Shown: one piece after another, positions 49,000 to 58,515 of the stretch
Layout of the letters: every line of letters begins with the position of its first letter
Position numbering within the stretch: the first letter of the stretch is position 1
Assembly (NCBI GenBank): GCA_016933575.1
Contig: JAFGAR010000088.1
Coordinates: forward strand, 1 to 64,000
Origin: Candidatus Thorarchaeota archaeon
Lineage (GTDB): Archaea > Asgardarchaeota > Thorarchaeia > Thorarchaeales > Thorarchaeaceae
Direction of reading: 5' to 3'
DNA length: 64,000 nucleotides
Program-made: the position numbers and the translations under genes
The notes under the pieces: generated by a model
Told to the model about the DNA's origin: nothing
Database searches by the model: none
The model's input: only the letters and a program-made list of their open reading frames with translations

Positions 49000-49721
49000 G
49001 TAGGATCAAGACTACGAAGCTCACGAGTCAACAGATCCAGAGACCCTATCTTACTGACTGCAAGGGGGATTCGCATCTGTTCGGCAAGTTCGATGGGTAA
49101 ACGGTCTACTTCAGTTACACCATGCAATATGACAAGAGAGGGTTTGAACTCCTGGGACTTGATGGCAATCATCGGAGCTCGACCAGTATTCACATTTGTG
49201 AAGAGAAGACATCTCTCAGTGGTCGCACCAAAGAGTTTGAGAAAGGCATCACTATTCAATTCCTTCACAGCTCGTTCTACATCAACAAGAGTATATCCGA
49301 ATATTTCTCGGTCCAGATATTTCTCTCCAGCAAGAACCGAACATTTTAGCTGCTTGCAGAAATCCTTTGAACTGATAGGTGATTGAAAGTCACTCATTGC
49401 CAAGACAATATTGAGATCAACCAGACTAACATCCATCAGGCGTACAAATGCGGCAACTGTCTGTCCGCCATTCCGTTCATCGAGACTCAAGAGAGCCATC
49501 ACAAAACGACGAATTGTCGATGTCCCAGGTGACTTCCTCCTTCCAGACTCGTAATCACTAATGACACTAGGACTGATACCAAGATGCTCTGCGAGAACAA
49601 TTTGAGGGAGTCTAAACCGCTCTCGCCACACTCTCATGGCCTGACCTGGACTCTCGGACAGGGCTATCTCACCAGCAATGCGACGAGCAAGTCGGTCTCG
49701 AACCGAGGATTGATACGACAT
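48996..49721 (-). CDS. Conserved archaeal XRE-family HTH regulator
   Basis: RIAGEI, ISPSVISDYESGRRKSPG, TGRAPMIAI. Confidence 0.85.
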   Translation of the reverse strand: MSYQSSVRDRLARRIAGEIALSESPGQAMRVWRERFRLPQIVLAEHLGISPSVISDYESGRRKSPGTSTIRRFVMALLSLDERNGGQTVAAFVRLMDVSLVDLNIVLAMSDFQSPISSKDFCKQLKCSVLAGEKYLDREIFGYTLVDVERAVKELNSDAFLKLFGATTERCLLFTNVNTGRAPMIAIKSQEFKPSLVILHGVTEVDRLPIELAEQMRIPLAVSKIGSLDLLTRELRSLDPT

Positions 49722-49898
49722 TACACGATTTTCTGTGAGAGATGAACATAAGGATTTCGACTATTGACGATGTATACCCCGGTCAAACATCTGTTTATCA
49801 TAGTTATCCCGAATTGAACTGGAAAAATAGAGATGGGCGCTATGCTGAGAACTCATCAAACCCTTTTCCAAATGAGATGAAGAGTCAGAAACAAGAGA

Positions 49899-50035
49899 TG
49901 GTGGGTCGGGGGAGATTTGTTCCAATAGGGAGAAGTTCCCTATTGATTGAACTCCCGATCCCTTGGAATCTTGCTTACGAACAGATGTCCGCAAGACCCA
50001 AACCAAGAATCATAGCCAATCTAGACCACCGGCCC
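49899..50035 (-). tRNA. tRNA-Pro(TGG) with two introns (37/38: 49996-49968; 58/59: 49946-49917)
   Basis: Anticodon arm CTTGG-TT-TGG-G..T-CCAAG, T stem GGGAG/CTCCC, ACCA end; both introns have BHB motifs. Confidence 0.9.
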
Positions 50036-50083
50036 GTTGGTATGAATTTCCTCTCAATTCTAGTTATAAGAATATCTCTGGAA

Positions 50084-51781
50084 TCATGCAGATAGACCAA
50101 GGACTACTCCTTGGTATGGTTCAAGATGGAGTTTAGAGTCTTTGAGTGAATCAGCATCCACGATTGTGGAAAAGAGCAATTTTGAACTCACTTCTATTCT
50201 TCCAATCTCAAGTGGTTTCTTTGAAAAGTTCAACCAGATCTGTGCTACTTGTTCATCATGTATTCGTTGGTAGGAGAGAAGAGATTGAGTGGATAGAGAC
50301 TGATTCAAGAAACTAATAGAACCTGAGTGAAGAGCAGGCATTTTTTTACGAAGTCGTAGAAGAGCTTTGTAACAGTTGAGCAGAGAGTCCGGATTATCCT
50401 CTTCCGAACTCACATTGAGCTCGTGATGACCAAGGCTTAATGGTAACCAAGGTTCAAGTTCTTCAGAACAGAAGCCTGCATTGAGTGAAGGGTCCCATTG
50501 CATAGGGGTCCTGCAGTCATCACGATTGAGTGAGATAGAACCTTTTCTCGTCAAGAGATTAACCAGAAATTTGGGAAGCCGACTGAATCTTTGACCAATA
50601 GGATCTTCAGCAGTTTTCAAAGGAAGTCTATGATTTGACATACCAACCTCTTCGCCATAGTAGATGAAAGGGACTCCCCTAGCTGTAAGTTGCAAAGTGG
50701 CATTGAGCTTGGCCTTGTTCAAATCATTACCCAATTTGCTAATCCGGCGCATCTGATCATGATTGGAAAAGACCCAAGTTGGAATGTATGGTTCACTGAG
50801 ATGTTGCTCATACAGACAGATTAGTTCGTGAATTGGTTTTGCCATGAGAGGGACATTCAACGATTGGAACTGGAATGTCAAGTGAAGACCATTGGTTCTT
50901 GTCTTGTTTATAGCATCCCCGCAGTACTTCTTTAGGACTTCAACTGATGCACTAATCTCACCAACCAAGAATCGTTCAGGAGCATCATACTCATCCAACA
51001 CACTCCTAAGCTCCTTTACAAAAATGAAGTTGTCAGGGTGATTAATAGTATGAATTTTCTTCTGGAAGAAACTCGAATCGTCTGCATCGGATGGGAAAAA
51101 CTTCCAAGTAAATGGATTATTTCGGAATTGTTCATCTTCAAAGATGGTGTTTATGATATCTAGACGAAATCCATCAATTCCTTTATCCAACCAGAACCGA
51201 ATGGTGTCAAACATCTCCTTCTTCACATCAGGATTACGATAATTGAGATCAGGTTGAAAAGGGAGGAACTGAGCCCAGTACCACTGGTCTGTCAAATCGC
51301 GATAGTGCCATCCAGAACCACCCAACATCGACTTCCAGTTGTTCGGTGGTTTCTTTCCCATAGGTTTCTGGCCATCATGCCAGATGTACCAGTCACGTTT
51401 CGGGTTATCCCGACTTGATTGTGATTCTTGAAACCATGGATGTTGGTCACTGGTGTGATTGAGGACTAAATCGAATACAATGTACATTTCTCGAGTATGA
51501 ATCTCACGTATTAGTAGTTCACAATCTCTTATAGATCCATACTCAGGTGCGATACTTCTATATCCACTCACATCATATCCATGGTCTGCTTGAGGACTTG
51601 AGAAGATAGGCGAGAGCCAGATTGTCTCAATCCCAAAATCTTTCAAATAATCTAATTTTGAGATAATTCCTGGAATGTCCCCAATCCCGTTACCCGAACT
51701 GTCTTTGTAACTTCGTGGATAGATATGATATACTGTGGTCTTCTTCCACCAAGGTATTTCATGGACAGAGAAAATTGACAC
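50084..51781 (-). CDS. GH13 alpha-glucosidase/oligo-1,6-glucosidase
   Basis: WWK..VYHIYPRSY, DLVLNHTS, DGFRLD, VGE, SNHD; GTG 51781 preferred over 51859. Confidence 0.93.
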   Translation of the reverse strand: MSIFSVHEIPWWKKTTVYHIYPRSYKDSSGNGIGDIPGIISKLDYLKDFGIETIWLSPIFSSPQADHGYDVSGYRSIAPEYGSIRDCELLIREIHTREMYIVFDLVLNHTSDQHPWFQESQSSRDNPKRDWYIWHDGQKPMGKKPPNNWKSMLGGSGWHYRDLTDQWYWAQFLPFQPDLNYRNPDVKKEMFDTIRFWLDKGIDGFRLDIINTIFEDEQFRNNPFTWKFFPSDADDSSFFQKKIHTINHPDNFIFVKELRSVLDEYDAPERFLVGEISASVEVLKKYCGDAINKTRTNGLHLTFQFQSLNVPLMAKPIHELICLYEQHLSEPYIPTWVFSNHDQMRRISKLGNDLNKAKLNATLQLTARGVPFIYYGEEVGMSNHRLPLKTAEDPIGQRFSRLPKFLVNLLTRKGSISLNRDDCRTPMQWDPSLNAGFCSEELEPWLPLSLGHHELNVSSEEDNPDSLLNCYKALLRLRKKMPALHSGSISFLNQSLSTQSLLSYQRIHDEQVAQIWLNFSKKPLEIGRIEVSSKLLFSTIVDADSLKDSKLHLEPYQGVVLGLSA

Positions 51782-51894
51782 ATTAGTAACCTCTGAGAAT
51801 TGACATGCTAGCAGCCTCTTTTTTCTTCTCTCTTTTATTGGGGGTATGAATAAGGTCATAACATCAAACTAACAGAAATAGATAGTGAACCACT

Positions 51895-52134
51895 ATGAGT
51901 CTACTTGGACCTGACGATTTCGACCTCGATAGAAAAGGGAGAAAGAAGAAGTTAGCTAAGGACCTCTCTCCTTCTGTGGCTAAAGAGATCGAGAGATGGT
52001 TAGATAAACTGGAAGACCCAGAGGCATACAGGAGAATCTCGGAACTAGTGGGACCTGAAGAAGCATCCCGCATTTTAGCAAAACGAAAAAGACAGAAAGA
52101 TCTCAAATCAGATGATTTGTTACTCGACAAATAG
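51895..52134 (+). CDS. Small charged hypothetical protein
   Basis: 79-aa ORF, first of a co-oriented trio. Confidence 0.55.
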   Translation: MSLLGPDDFDLDRKGRKKKLAKDLSPSVAKEIERWLDKLEDPEAYRRISELVGPEEASRILAKRKRQKDLKSDDLLLDK

Positions 52135-52153
52135 GAAGAAGTTGATTTAGGAT

Positions 52154-52495
52154 ATGGCTGATGAATCTGAAGATATTAGAACTACATTGGCGCTCATCCG
52201 CACGATTGATGCAGAGAAACGTACTCATCTTGCGGAGCTGCGTACAGGGATAGGAATTCTTACAATTCCCCTCTCACTGTTGACCATACTTATTGCCACC
52301 TCTAACTACTATACTTTTGAAGCTGTGTTACACTTTATCCTTGGACTCATCATCGGAATCATTGCACTATCATGCGTAGGAACCTATCTTGTTGTCAGAG
52401 CCCTGAAGAAGATACGAAGAAATGAGGGGCTACGGAGTGCATGCAAAGACATATCCTGTTTTCTTGATGAACACAAGAAAACAAGACAATTATGA
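52154..52495 (+). CDS. Small 2-TM protein, DUF202-like
   Basis: A.KRTHLA.LRTG motif then two TM helices. Confidence 0.65.
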   Translation: MADESEDIRTTLALIRTIDAEKRTHLAELRTGIGILTIPLSLLTILIATSNYYTFEAVLHFILGLIIGIIALSCVGTYLVVRALKKIRRNEGLRSACKDISCFLDEHKKTRQL

Positions 52496-52501
52496 AAGTA
52501 A

Positions 52502-52825
52502 ATGGACCGACGATTAAGATTGATGGTTGGATTGTTGCCAATCATAGTCTATTTTGTCATTAGATGGCTTTTTCAAATTCTTGGACATGAAGGGGTGAAT
52601 TCAGCCTATTCAGTGGATACATTGAGAAGACATAGAATCACTCTGGGAATTGTAGCGCTACCCCTTGAAACGAATTTCTATACAATTGAGATTATTAACT
52701 ATCAGTCAAGTTCGTTAAGTCCTCCACCAATGCCAGTAATCTACTACGTATTTTGGATTACATTTCTTGTCATTGATATGCTACATCAATACATGCTGCT
52801 ATCTAAATCACAAAAGATACCATAG
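52502..52825 (+). CDS. Small membrane hypothetical protein
   Basis: 107 aa with N- and C-terminal hydrophobic segments. Confidence 0.45.
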   Translation: MDRRLRLMVGLLPIIVYFVIRWLFQILGHEGVNSAYSVDTLRRHRITLGIVALPLETNFYTIEIINYQSSSLSPPPMPVIYYVFWITFLVIDMLHQYMLLSKSQKIP

Positions 52826-52855
52826 AATACACTAGTAGTATTATTAGAGGATAAG

Positions 52856-52995
52856 TGGAGCCCCAGGCGAGATTTGTTCCACATTGAAGAGTTTTCAATA
52901 TGTTTGAACTCGCGGCCTCCTCCTTACCAAGGAGGCGATCTTTGAGGGTATGGGTGGGCGAATCCACCTAACTAACCGGTCTAAGCTACTGGGGC
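52856..52995 (-). tRNA. tRNA-Thr(GGT) with 32-nt D-arm insertion (about 52972-52941) and 58/59 intron (52903-52874)
   Basis: Acceptor GCCCCAG/CTGGGGC-T-CCA (U73), anticodon arm CCTCC-TT-GGT-AA-GGAGG, T stem GCGAG/CTCGC; T-loop intron has a clean BHB. Confidence 0.85.
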
Positions 52996-53065
52996 TTTTT
53001 TGACACACCTAAAAGGTGATGTCATCCGCTTTTCGCTAGAGGAGTAGAGATAAAGATTTCGTTAC

Positions 53066-53695
53066 TTAGCTCCATCTGATTTTGTTGAGGAGGGGTTTTA
53101 GGGCACGGGGAACATTAACGCTCTTCAGTTTCGCAGAAGCTGTCAGAGTCACCTCATCATCCAGACCGAGTTGCATGAGGTTAGGGCAGGAGAATAGAGG
53201 AGAGATATCAAGACTCGTGAAGTCATTCTTTGTTAGCGTCAGATTTCGTAATTTCTTGCATTTACTAAGAGTTGACAGGTCTATATTCTCAAGTTTATTC
53301 TCATAGAGATGAAGCGCCTTTAGGCTCTTACACCCCCCTAGCGGTGATAGATCAAGAGCCCTGAGCTTGTTGAATGATAGATCAAGATGCATTAGACTCG
53401 TCACACTCCCAAGAGGGACAAGGTCGATTGCTTCTAATTCATTACTACCAAGATTGAGTTCTAACAGATTTCCATTCCCGGTTAGCACAGAGAGGTCCAA
53501 CGTCTGAATCTCATTGCCCGATAGAGTCAATACTTCAAGATTGGGAAACTGATTTAGAGGGTCGAGGTCAATCGATCCAATCCTTCTGTCACTGAGGTTG
53601 ATTGTTGATGTAGCTGGATCGAATCGTTCTGCGATCTTTCCACCCTTTTTTGTCTCGCACCAGATGGTAATCTCTTCCATTGATGAAACATCCAA
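53066..53695 (-). CDS. Leucine-rich repeat protein
   Basis: About 6 repeats of LxxLxLxxNxLxxLDLxPL. Confidence 0.9.
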   Translation of the reverse strand: MDVSSMEEITIWCETKKGGKIAERFDPATSTINLSDRRIGSIDLDPLNQFPNLEVLTLSGNEIQTLDLSVLTGNGNLLELNLGSNELEAIDLVPLGSVTSLMHLDLSFNKLRALDLSPLGGCKSLKALHLYENKLENIDLSTLSKCKKLRNLTLTKNDFTSLDISPLFSCPNLMQLGLDDEVTLTASAKLKSVNVPRALKPLLNKIRWS

Positions 53696-53777
53696 GAACC
53701 AAACACACTCCCTGCTTTATAATTAGGTATGGTCAACCCCATAAGAGGAGCACAGATAACACAGGAAGAATAACAAA

Positions 53778-54674
53778 CTAGGAGAGTATATCATGCAAAT
53801 GAATCTGATATTTACCGAGTTTCCCACCAAAATTGCCAGCGGTCACTCTCAGGACTCCATCATGGGAGCAGACCTCTTTGATAGCTATAGCCATTGCAGC
53901 TCCAACATCCTCCTCTGTAAGACCATTGATGACTATCTCCATAACAAATTCACTGTCCCTAGGCACTTCAGTATCAGGGATTTTGGCTCTAATAGTTGGA
54001 CAATATCGTTCATTAGTAGATGCAACCAGACCTTTGTATCTTGAAGATGGTTTTGAACCAGAACCTACAAGGCCCCCCGGAAATGGGGTGTATGCGCCTT
54101 CGACCTTCTCAATTGCTTTGACAGCTGCACGGCCACTTGTCATACCACTTCCAAGATCCTTGCAGAAGTAGATGATATTGCCTCCAGCCACTCCTTTCGT
54201 ACGGCCGAAGTTCTCTTGAACGACAAAGGTACCACTCATTCTTGGAACTAGCCAGAGAATTCGACCATCAATTGGACCCTTCTTAATCTGGTGTCCATCA
54301 CCGAACATTGCTAGTTGTCTTCCGATAGGAAAGAAGTCTTTTGGGTCAGGAGTAGAGTCGTATGCAGATGCTGTTGGACTTGTAAGGATACATTGTCCAA
54401 TTCGTGCATTGAGCTGCTGTTCAAGGGTCTCTTTCTTTGATGTAGCAAAGATGACTCTTACCCCGGGACGTCTATCAGGAGTAGCCTCGGGAGAGAGGAT
54501 GTATTCAATTCCAGCCTCAGCAGGGGACATTATAATAGAGGTGGCGAACCCTGTAGCCTCCTGGGCAGTTATTCGAGCCCAGTCTTCTTCATAGGCTGTG
54601 ATTAGGGTTCTATTCATGTGCATACTGAATGCTTCAGCAAAGGTATCGTCGATTGCTACTCCGTTTATCTCCAT
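53778..54674 (-). CDS. ftr: Formylmethanofuran-tetrahydromethanopterin formyltransferase
   Basis: INGV.IDDTFAEAF, TPD.RPG, RIGQCILT, GVAGGN, FPGG.V.SGSK, AGNFGGKLG. Confidence 0.96.
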   Translation of the reverse strand: MEINGVAIDDTFAEAFSMHMNRTLITAYEEDWARITAQEATGFATSIIMSPAEAGIEYILSPEATPDRRPGVRVIFATSKKETLEQQLNARIGQCILTSPTASAYDSTPDPKDFFPIGRQLAMFGDGHQIKKGPIDGRILWLVPRMSGTFVVQENFGRTKGVAGGNIIYFCKDLGSGMTSGRAAVKAIEKVEGAYTPFPGGLVGSGSKPSSRYKGLVASTNERYCPTIRAKIPDTEVPRDSEFVMEIVINGLTEEDVGAAMAIAIKEVCSHDGVLRVTAGNFGGKLGKYQIHLHDILS

Positions 54675-54802
54675 TTCAGAACTTCCAGCTAGATTACAAT
54701 CCTTTCATGATATGCAGTCTTTTCTCTGTTCCGCAAGATGATTGTAGTTGGGAGTCTTTATCAGGAAGAGAGTAGTGGAAACTGAACAGGTCGAGTACAG
54801 TC

Positions 54803-55669
54803 ATGTCTGTTTTCCTGACATTGAAAGAATCTCCTGATATTCCAATCGAGGCGGATACAATAACTCCGAGTGAGTTTGCGGGTAAGACAATCTCGCAAAT
54901 CAGCAATCTATCAGTTCAGCAAGGAAACAAGTCTCTGTCTCTAAAGAAGTTCTTCAGTGTAAAAGGAAAGCCTGGAAAGACTGCCAATGATACTAAGATT
55001 ATACTAGACGGTGACCTGAGAAAAATCAAGATGATTGGCAGAGGTATGGATGGTGGCAGAATTATCATTGATGGAAATGTAGGAATGTATCTTGGTGCAG
55101 AGATGAAATCTGGAAGAATTCATGTAAAGGGCTCTGTTGATGACTGGGCAGCAGCAGAGATGCAGGGAGGGAATATCCAGATTGAAGGAGATACTGGAGA
55201 CTATCTCTGTGCAGGCTTTCGTGGAAGCAGAGATGGAATGCGCGGAGGTCGGGTCTATGTTGGTGGAAATGTTGGTAGAGAACTTGCATCGCATATGCAA
55301 AGAGGATTCATAGCAATCAAAGGGAATGTGGGGTCACCTTGTGCAGCAAGAATGATGGGTGGAACGATAATCATCATTGGAAATGTTGGGGAGAGAACCG
55401 CCATTCAGGCAACGAGGGGGATGATCATATGTTTGGGAACGGTCGAATCAGTACTACCCACCTACAAATTCAGTGGTTCTTCAGAACGTGAGATTGTGAA
55501 CTACTATTTACGTTACTTACATTCACGTCGACCAGACTTTGTGGGTGATAGTGTCAATAATACCGAAAAATGGATGAAATTCATTGGCGATTTTGCTGAG
55601 GCCAGTCCAAATGAGGAAATATTTGTGCGCTCTTCAATAAATGAGCACTTACATCCAGGTGGCAAATGA
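54803..55669 (+). CDS. fwdC: Formylmethanofuran dehydrogenase subunit C
   Basis: GXGXG-type repeats (G..M.GG.I.I.GN), GFRGS..GMRGG. Confidence 0.9.
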   Translation: MSVFLTLKESPDIPIEADTITPSEFAGKTISQISNLSVQQGNKSLSLKKFFSVKGKPGKTANDTKIILDGDLRKIKMIGRGMDGGRIIIDGNVGMYLGAEMKSGRIHVKGSVDDWAAAEMQGGNIQIEGDTGDYLCAGFRGSRDGMRGGRVYVGGNVGRELASHMQRGFIAIKGNVGSPCAARMMGGTIIIIGNVGERTAIQATRGMIICLGTVESVLPTYKFSGSSEREIVNYYLRYLHSRRPDFVGDSVNNTEKWMKFIGDFAEASPNEEIFVRSSINEHLHPGGK

Positions 55670-56640
55670 TGTATCATAGTGTGAACCAGACAGCAATTGA
55701 GATTGCCAAGGAGATATTGGATAGGAAAGAGAGCCTGCGCTGTATTATCGATGAGAGCCCTTCAGGAGCAACATTGATTGATGCAGGTATCAAAGCTCAA
55801 GGTAGTTTTGAACTGGGGCGTCTAATTGGAGAAGTATGCCTTGGCGGACTAGGGGCTATCAGACTTACAAGGATGTATATTGGATCTCTAGATATGCCTG
55901 CAACTATTGTCAGCACTTCACATCCAAAAATTGCTACCCTTGGATCACAGTATGCAGGATGGACTATCAAGGTTGGGAAATATTTTGCCATGGGGTCAGG
56001 ACCTGCAAGAGCATTAGCCCGGGTTGAGCGAGAACTCTATGATGCGTTGGGGTATGAGGACCATTCGAAGAAAGGTGTTATTATTCTGGAGAGTAGGAAA
56101 ATGCCTACAGAAGAGGTGATAGCATATATTGCTGAAAAATGTCATATTGCGCCGTCACATCTGTATTGCATAGTTGTGCCCACAGCAAGCATTGCGGGCT
56201 CAGTTCAGATTGCCGCGAGGATTGTGGAAGTCGGTATGCACAAGCTCCACCAATTTGGATTTGATCTCGAGAGGATTCGAAGAGGGCATGGTGTTGCACC
56301 AATTGCCCCAGTCGCAAAGAATGATAACCGGGCTATGGGAGTGACAAATGATTGCATCCTCTATGGGGGACGTACATTCTACTATGTCCGTGCAGAGAAT
56401 GATGATCTTCAGAAGGTAGTAGATAAAGTCCCGTCTTCAACTTCAAAACAATATGGTCAGCCTTTTTATGACCTCTTCAAGAGCGTAGACTTCGACTTCT
56501 ACAAGATAGATCCATTACTCTTTAGCCCTGCTGAGGTCACATTCAATATCATTGAGAGTACGGACTATTACCATGCAGGAGCAATAAATCCAGAGATACT
56601 TGAGATATCACTTGGACAAATAGATAACAAGTCTAAGTGA
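55666..56640 (+). CDS. mch: Methenyl-H4MPT cyclohydrolase
   Basis: SVN, IDAG, CLGGLG, SQYAGW, MGSGPARAL, MG.TND.ILYGG, FYKIDP.LFSPA. Confidence 0.96.
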   Translation: MMYHSVNQTAIEIAKEILDRKESLRCIIDESPSGATLIDAGIKAQGSFELGRLIGEVCLGGLGAIRLTRMYIGSLDMPATIVSTSHPKIATLGSQYAGWTIKVGKYFAMGSGPARALARVERELYDALGYEDHSKKGVIILESRKMPTEEVIAYIAEKCHIAPSHLYCIVVPTASIAGSVQIAARIVEVGMHKLHQFGFDLERIRRGHGVAPIAPVAKNDNRAMGVTNDCILYGGRTFYYVRAENDDLQKVVDKVPSSTSKQYGQPFYDLFKSVDFDFYKIDPLLFSPAEVTFNIIESTDYYHAGAINPEILEISLGQIDNKSK

Positions 56641-58138
56641 CTTCCATCTCGATGACCTCTTCACTCTCTTCTTTATCTGCAACTATAACTTCTTCAGTCT
56701 TAGGAATTGGATGTTTGAAGGCCTCATAGATCATTATAGTTGAAATGAGAGAAATAACTGCACATATGAGGAATGAGAGTGTGAATCCACCTGTAAAGGG
56801 AATGAACCAGCCAAAGAAAGCTATGAGTGGCATTGACACCAACATGACCAACGTGGGTTGAAGAGAATACATCGAATTGCGAATCCTATTTGGAATTACA
56901 TCTAACATGACGCGCTGTGTAAGAATATCTGCTATTCCACCAAACATATTCAATGCTACAAAGAGGATAAACAAGAGCGCGACAGGAACGATGGTTTCAA
57001 TGGGTATTTCGATTATTGGAACAGATGTAAAGGGAACCAGAATGCTGATGAACTCTGTAGTGTTGGGATCAGCCCCTGGAAAGAGATGAACTACAACTGC
57101 TAGGAGAAGGTAAAAGACGAAACCTGTGAATTGTAAAAATCTAAAGCGTGGAATCCATGTCTTTGGGTCAAATCGTTTTGCTAAAACACCACTTCTCTCA
57201 TTGGATAGGGCTTGAGGAATAAATACCAAGGTACGGAAGGACGATACTGCAACAATAGTGACAAGATAACTGAAATATAATGGAAATAGAATGAGATTCC
57301 ACCATACGGGTCCAGTGCTAAACATCACGACCTCACCCAGAATGAGAAGAGTCACGAAACGACTAGACCATAGAAACTTGAATCCATCTTTTAATAGAGT
57401 TCCGTACTCTCCAAGGTCAGGCCGTTTTTCATTCTCATCTCGAACTCCAGGCAGGTCTCTAACAAGCTTAAACACTAGAATAGCTAAGAATATGGCAAAG
57501 ACCGCTTGGAACTGGAAGACCCAAGGTTCACCGAAGAAATAGGCAAGCCAAGAACCAGGAATCAGAACGAGGGTCGATGCGACCTGCCAGATCATACCCA
57601 CTTTCCCCCAGAAGACACCATACATCTTCCGATCTTTGTCGTGAGGCATGACAGCACGATAATTGTTGTCAAACCACGCATGAAAGGCTCCACTCTCTTG
57701 AGAAGCACCTAAACCAAAGAGAATGTAGATCACAACATACACATAGAATGGCGACGGAGTATTTTTCACAACAGTAGAAGTGAGCCAGAACGCAAAAGCA
57801 TAACATACAAGAGCTGAGGCTATAACAAAACGCTGCCCTATCCAATCGCCAATGGCTCCGGAGGGGTAGTCTAGAGCTGTCTGGATTGCCATCTGAATGA
57901 CAACTAGAAAACCAACCAATGTAAGCCCAGCAAAATAATCTCCATTTCCAAGTGATTCTGCAATATAGATCATCCAGAAGGTTGTACTGATTTGAAAACT
58001 AGCAGCAAAGGCAGGAAGTATGACGGACAGAATCTTGACTAAACGAACCGCATCTGAGGTGGGCGATTCTAGGCCAAAGAGACGAGCATATCTGCTCTTC
58101 ACTATCTCTGGTTGGTCAAGATCACTATCATTTGTCAT
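56633..58138 (-). CDS. MFS transporter
   Basis: DYPSGAIGDWIGQR motif A variant, SGA..AW..NNY, about 12 TM. Confidence 0.85.
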   Translation of the reverse strand: MTNDSDLDQPEIVKSRYARLFGLESPTSDAVRLVKILSVILPAFAASFQISTTFWMIYIAESLGNGDYFAGLTLVGFLVVIQMAIQTALDYPSGAIGDWIGQRFVIASALVCYAFAFWLTSTVVKNTPSPFYVYVVIYILFGLGASQESGAFHAWFDNNYRAVMPHDKDRKMYGVFWGKVGMIWQVASTLVLIPGSWLAYFFGEPWVFQFQAVFAIFLAILVFKLVRDLPGVRDENEKRPDLGEYGTLLKDGFKFLWSSRFVTLLILGEVVMFSTGPVWWNLILFPLYFSYLVTIVAVSSFRTLVFIPQALSNERSGVLAKRFDPKTWIPRFRFLQFTGFVFYLLLAVVVHLFPGADPNTTEFISILVPFTSVPIIEIPIETIVPVALLFILFVALNMFGGIADILTQRVMLDVIPNRIRNSMYSLQPTLVMLVSMPLIAFFGWFIPFTGGFTLSFLICAVISLISTIMIYEAFKHPIPKTEEVIVADKEESEEVIEMEVT

Positions 58139-58236
58139 AATTTCAACCCGCAGGGATTACATATAGCAATTAACACTTGAGCAGGAGCATGCGATTTATC
58201 AAGGATTCGCTCGAAGAACGTGAGTGGCGAGGTATC

Positions 58237-58515
58237 ATGAAATTAACTATCAAATTTCGAGGCCCTATTGCCCGTCAGTTCAAAGAGGGTATCTTAGTTA
58301 TAGATATTGAAGATGGTGTTTCAATCAATCAACTGCTCGTGATGCTTCTTGATCAAAATCCCAACCTTCAGAGAATTTGGAACGAACCAAGTGACGTGGA
58401 TCGTGATACAATGATTCTCAGAAATGAGGTGGACATTGGCGTAATAGAAGGACTCGATTCTATCTTGGAAGACGCAGATGTTCTTACTGTCCTTCCGCTT
58501 GTTCATGGTGGCTAG
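58237..58515 (+). CDS. MoaD/SAMP/Urm1-like ubiquitin-fold sulfur carrier
   Basis: Beta-grasp size, IL.NEVD...L...LED.D, C-terminal HGG; ATG 58237 after GAGGT. Confidence 0.88.
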   Translation: MKLTIKFRGPIARQFKEGILVIDIEDGVSINQLLVMLLDQNPNLQRIWNEPSDVDRDTMILRNEVDIGVIEGLDSILEDADVLTVLPLVHGG

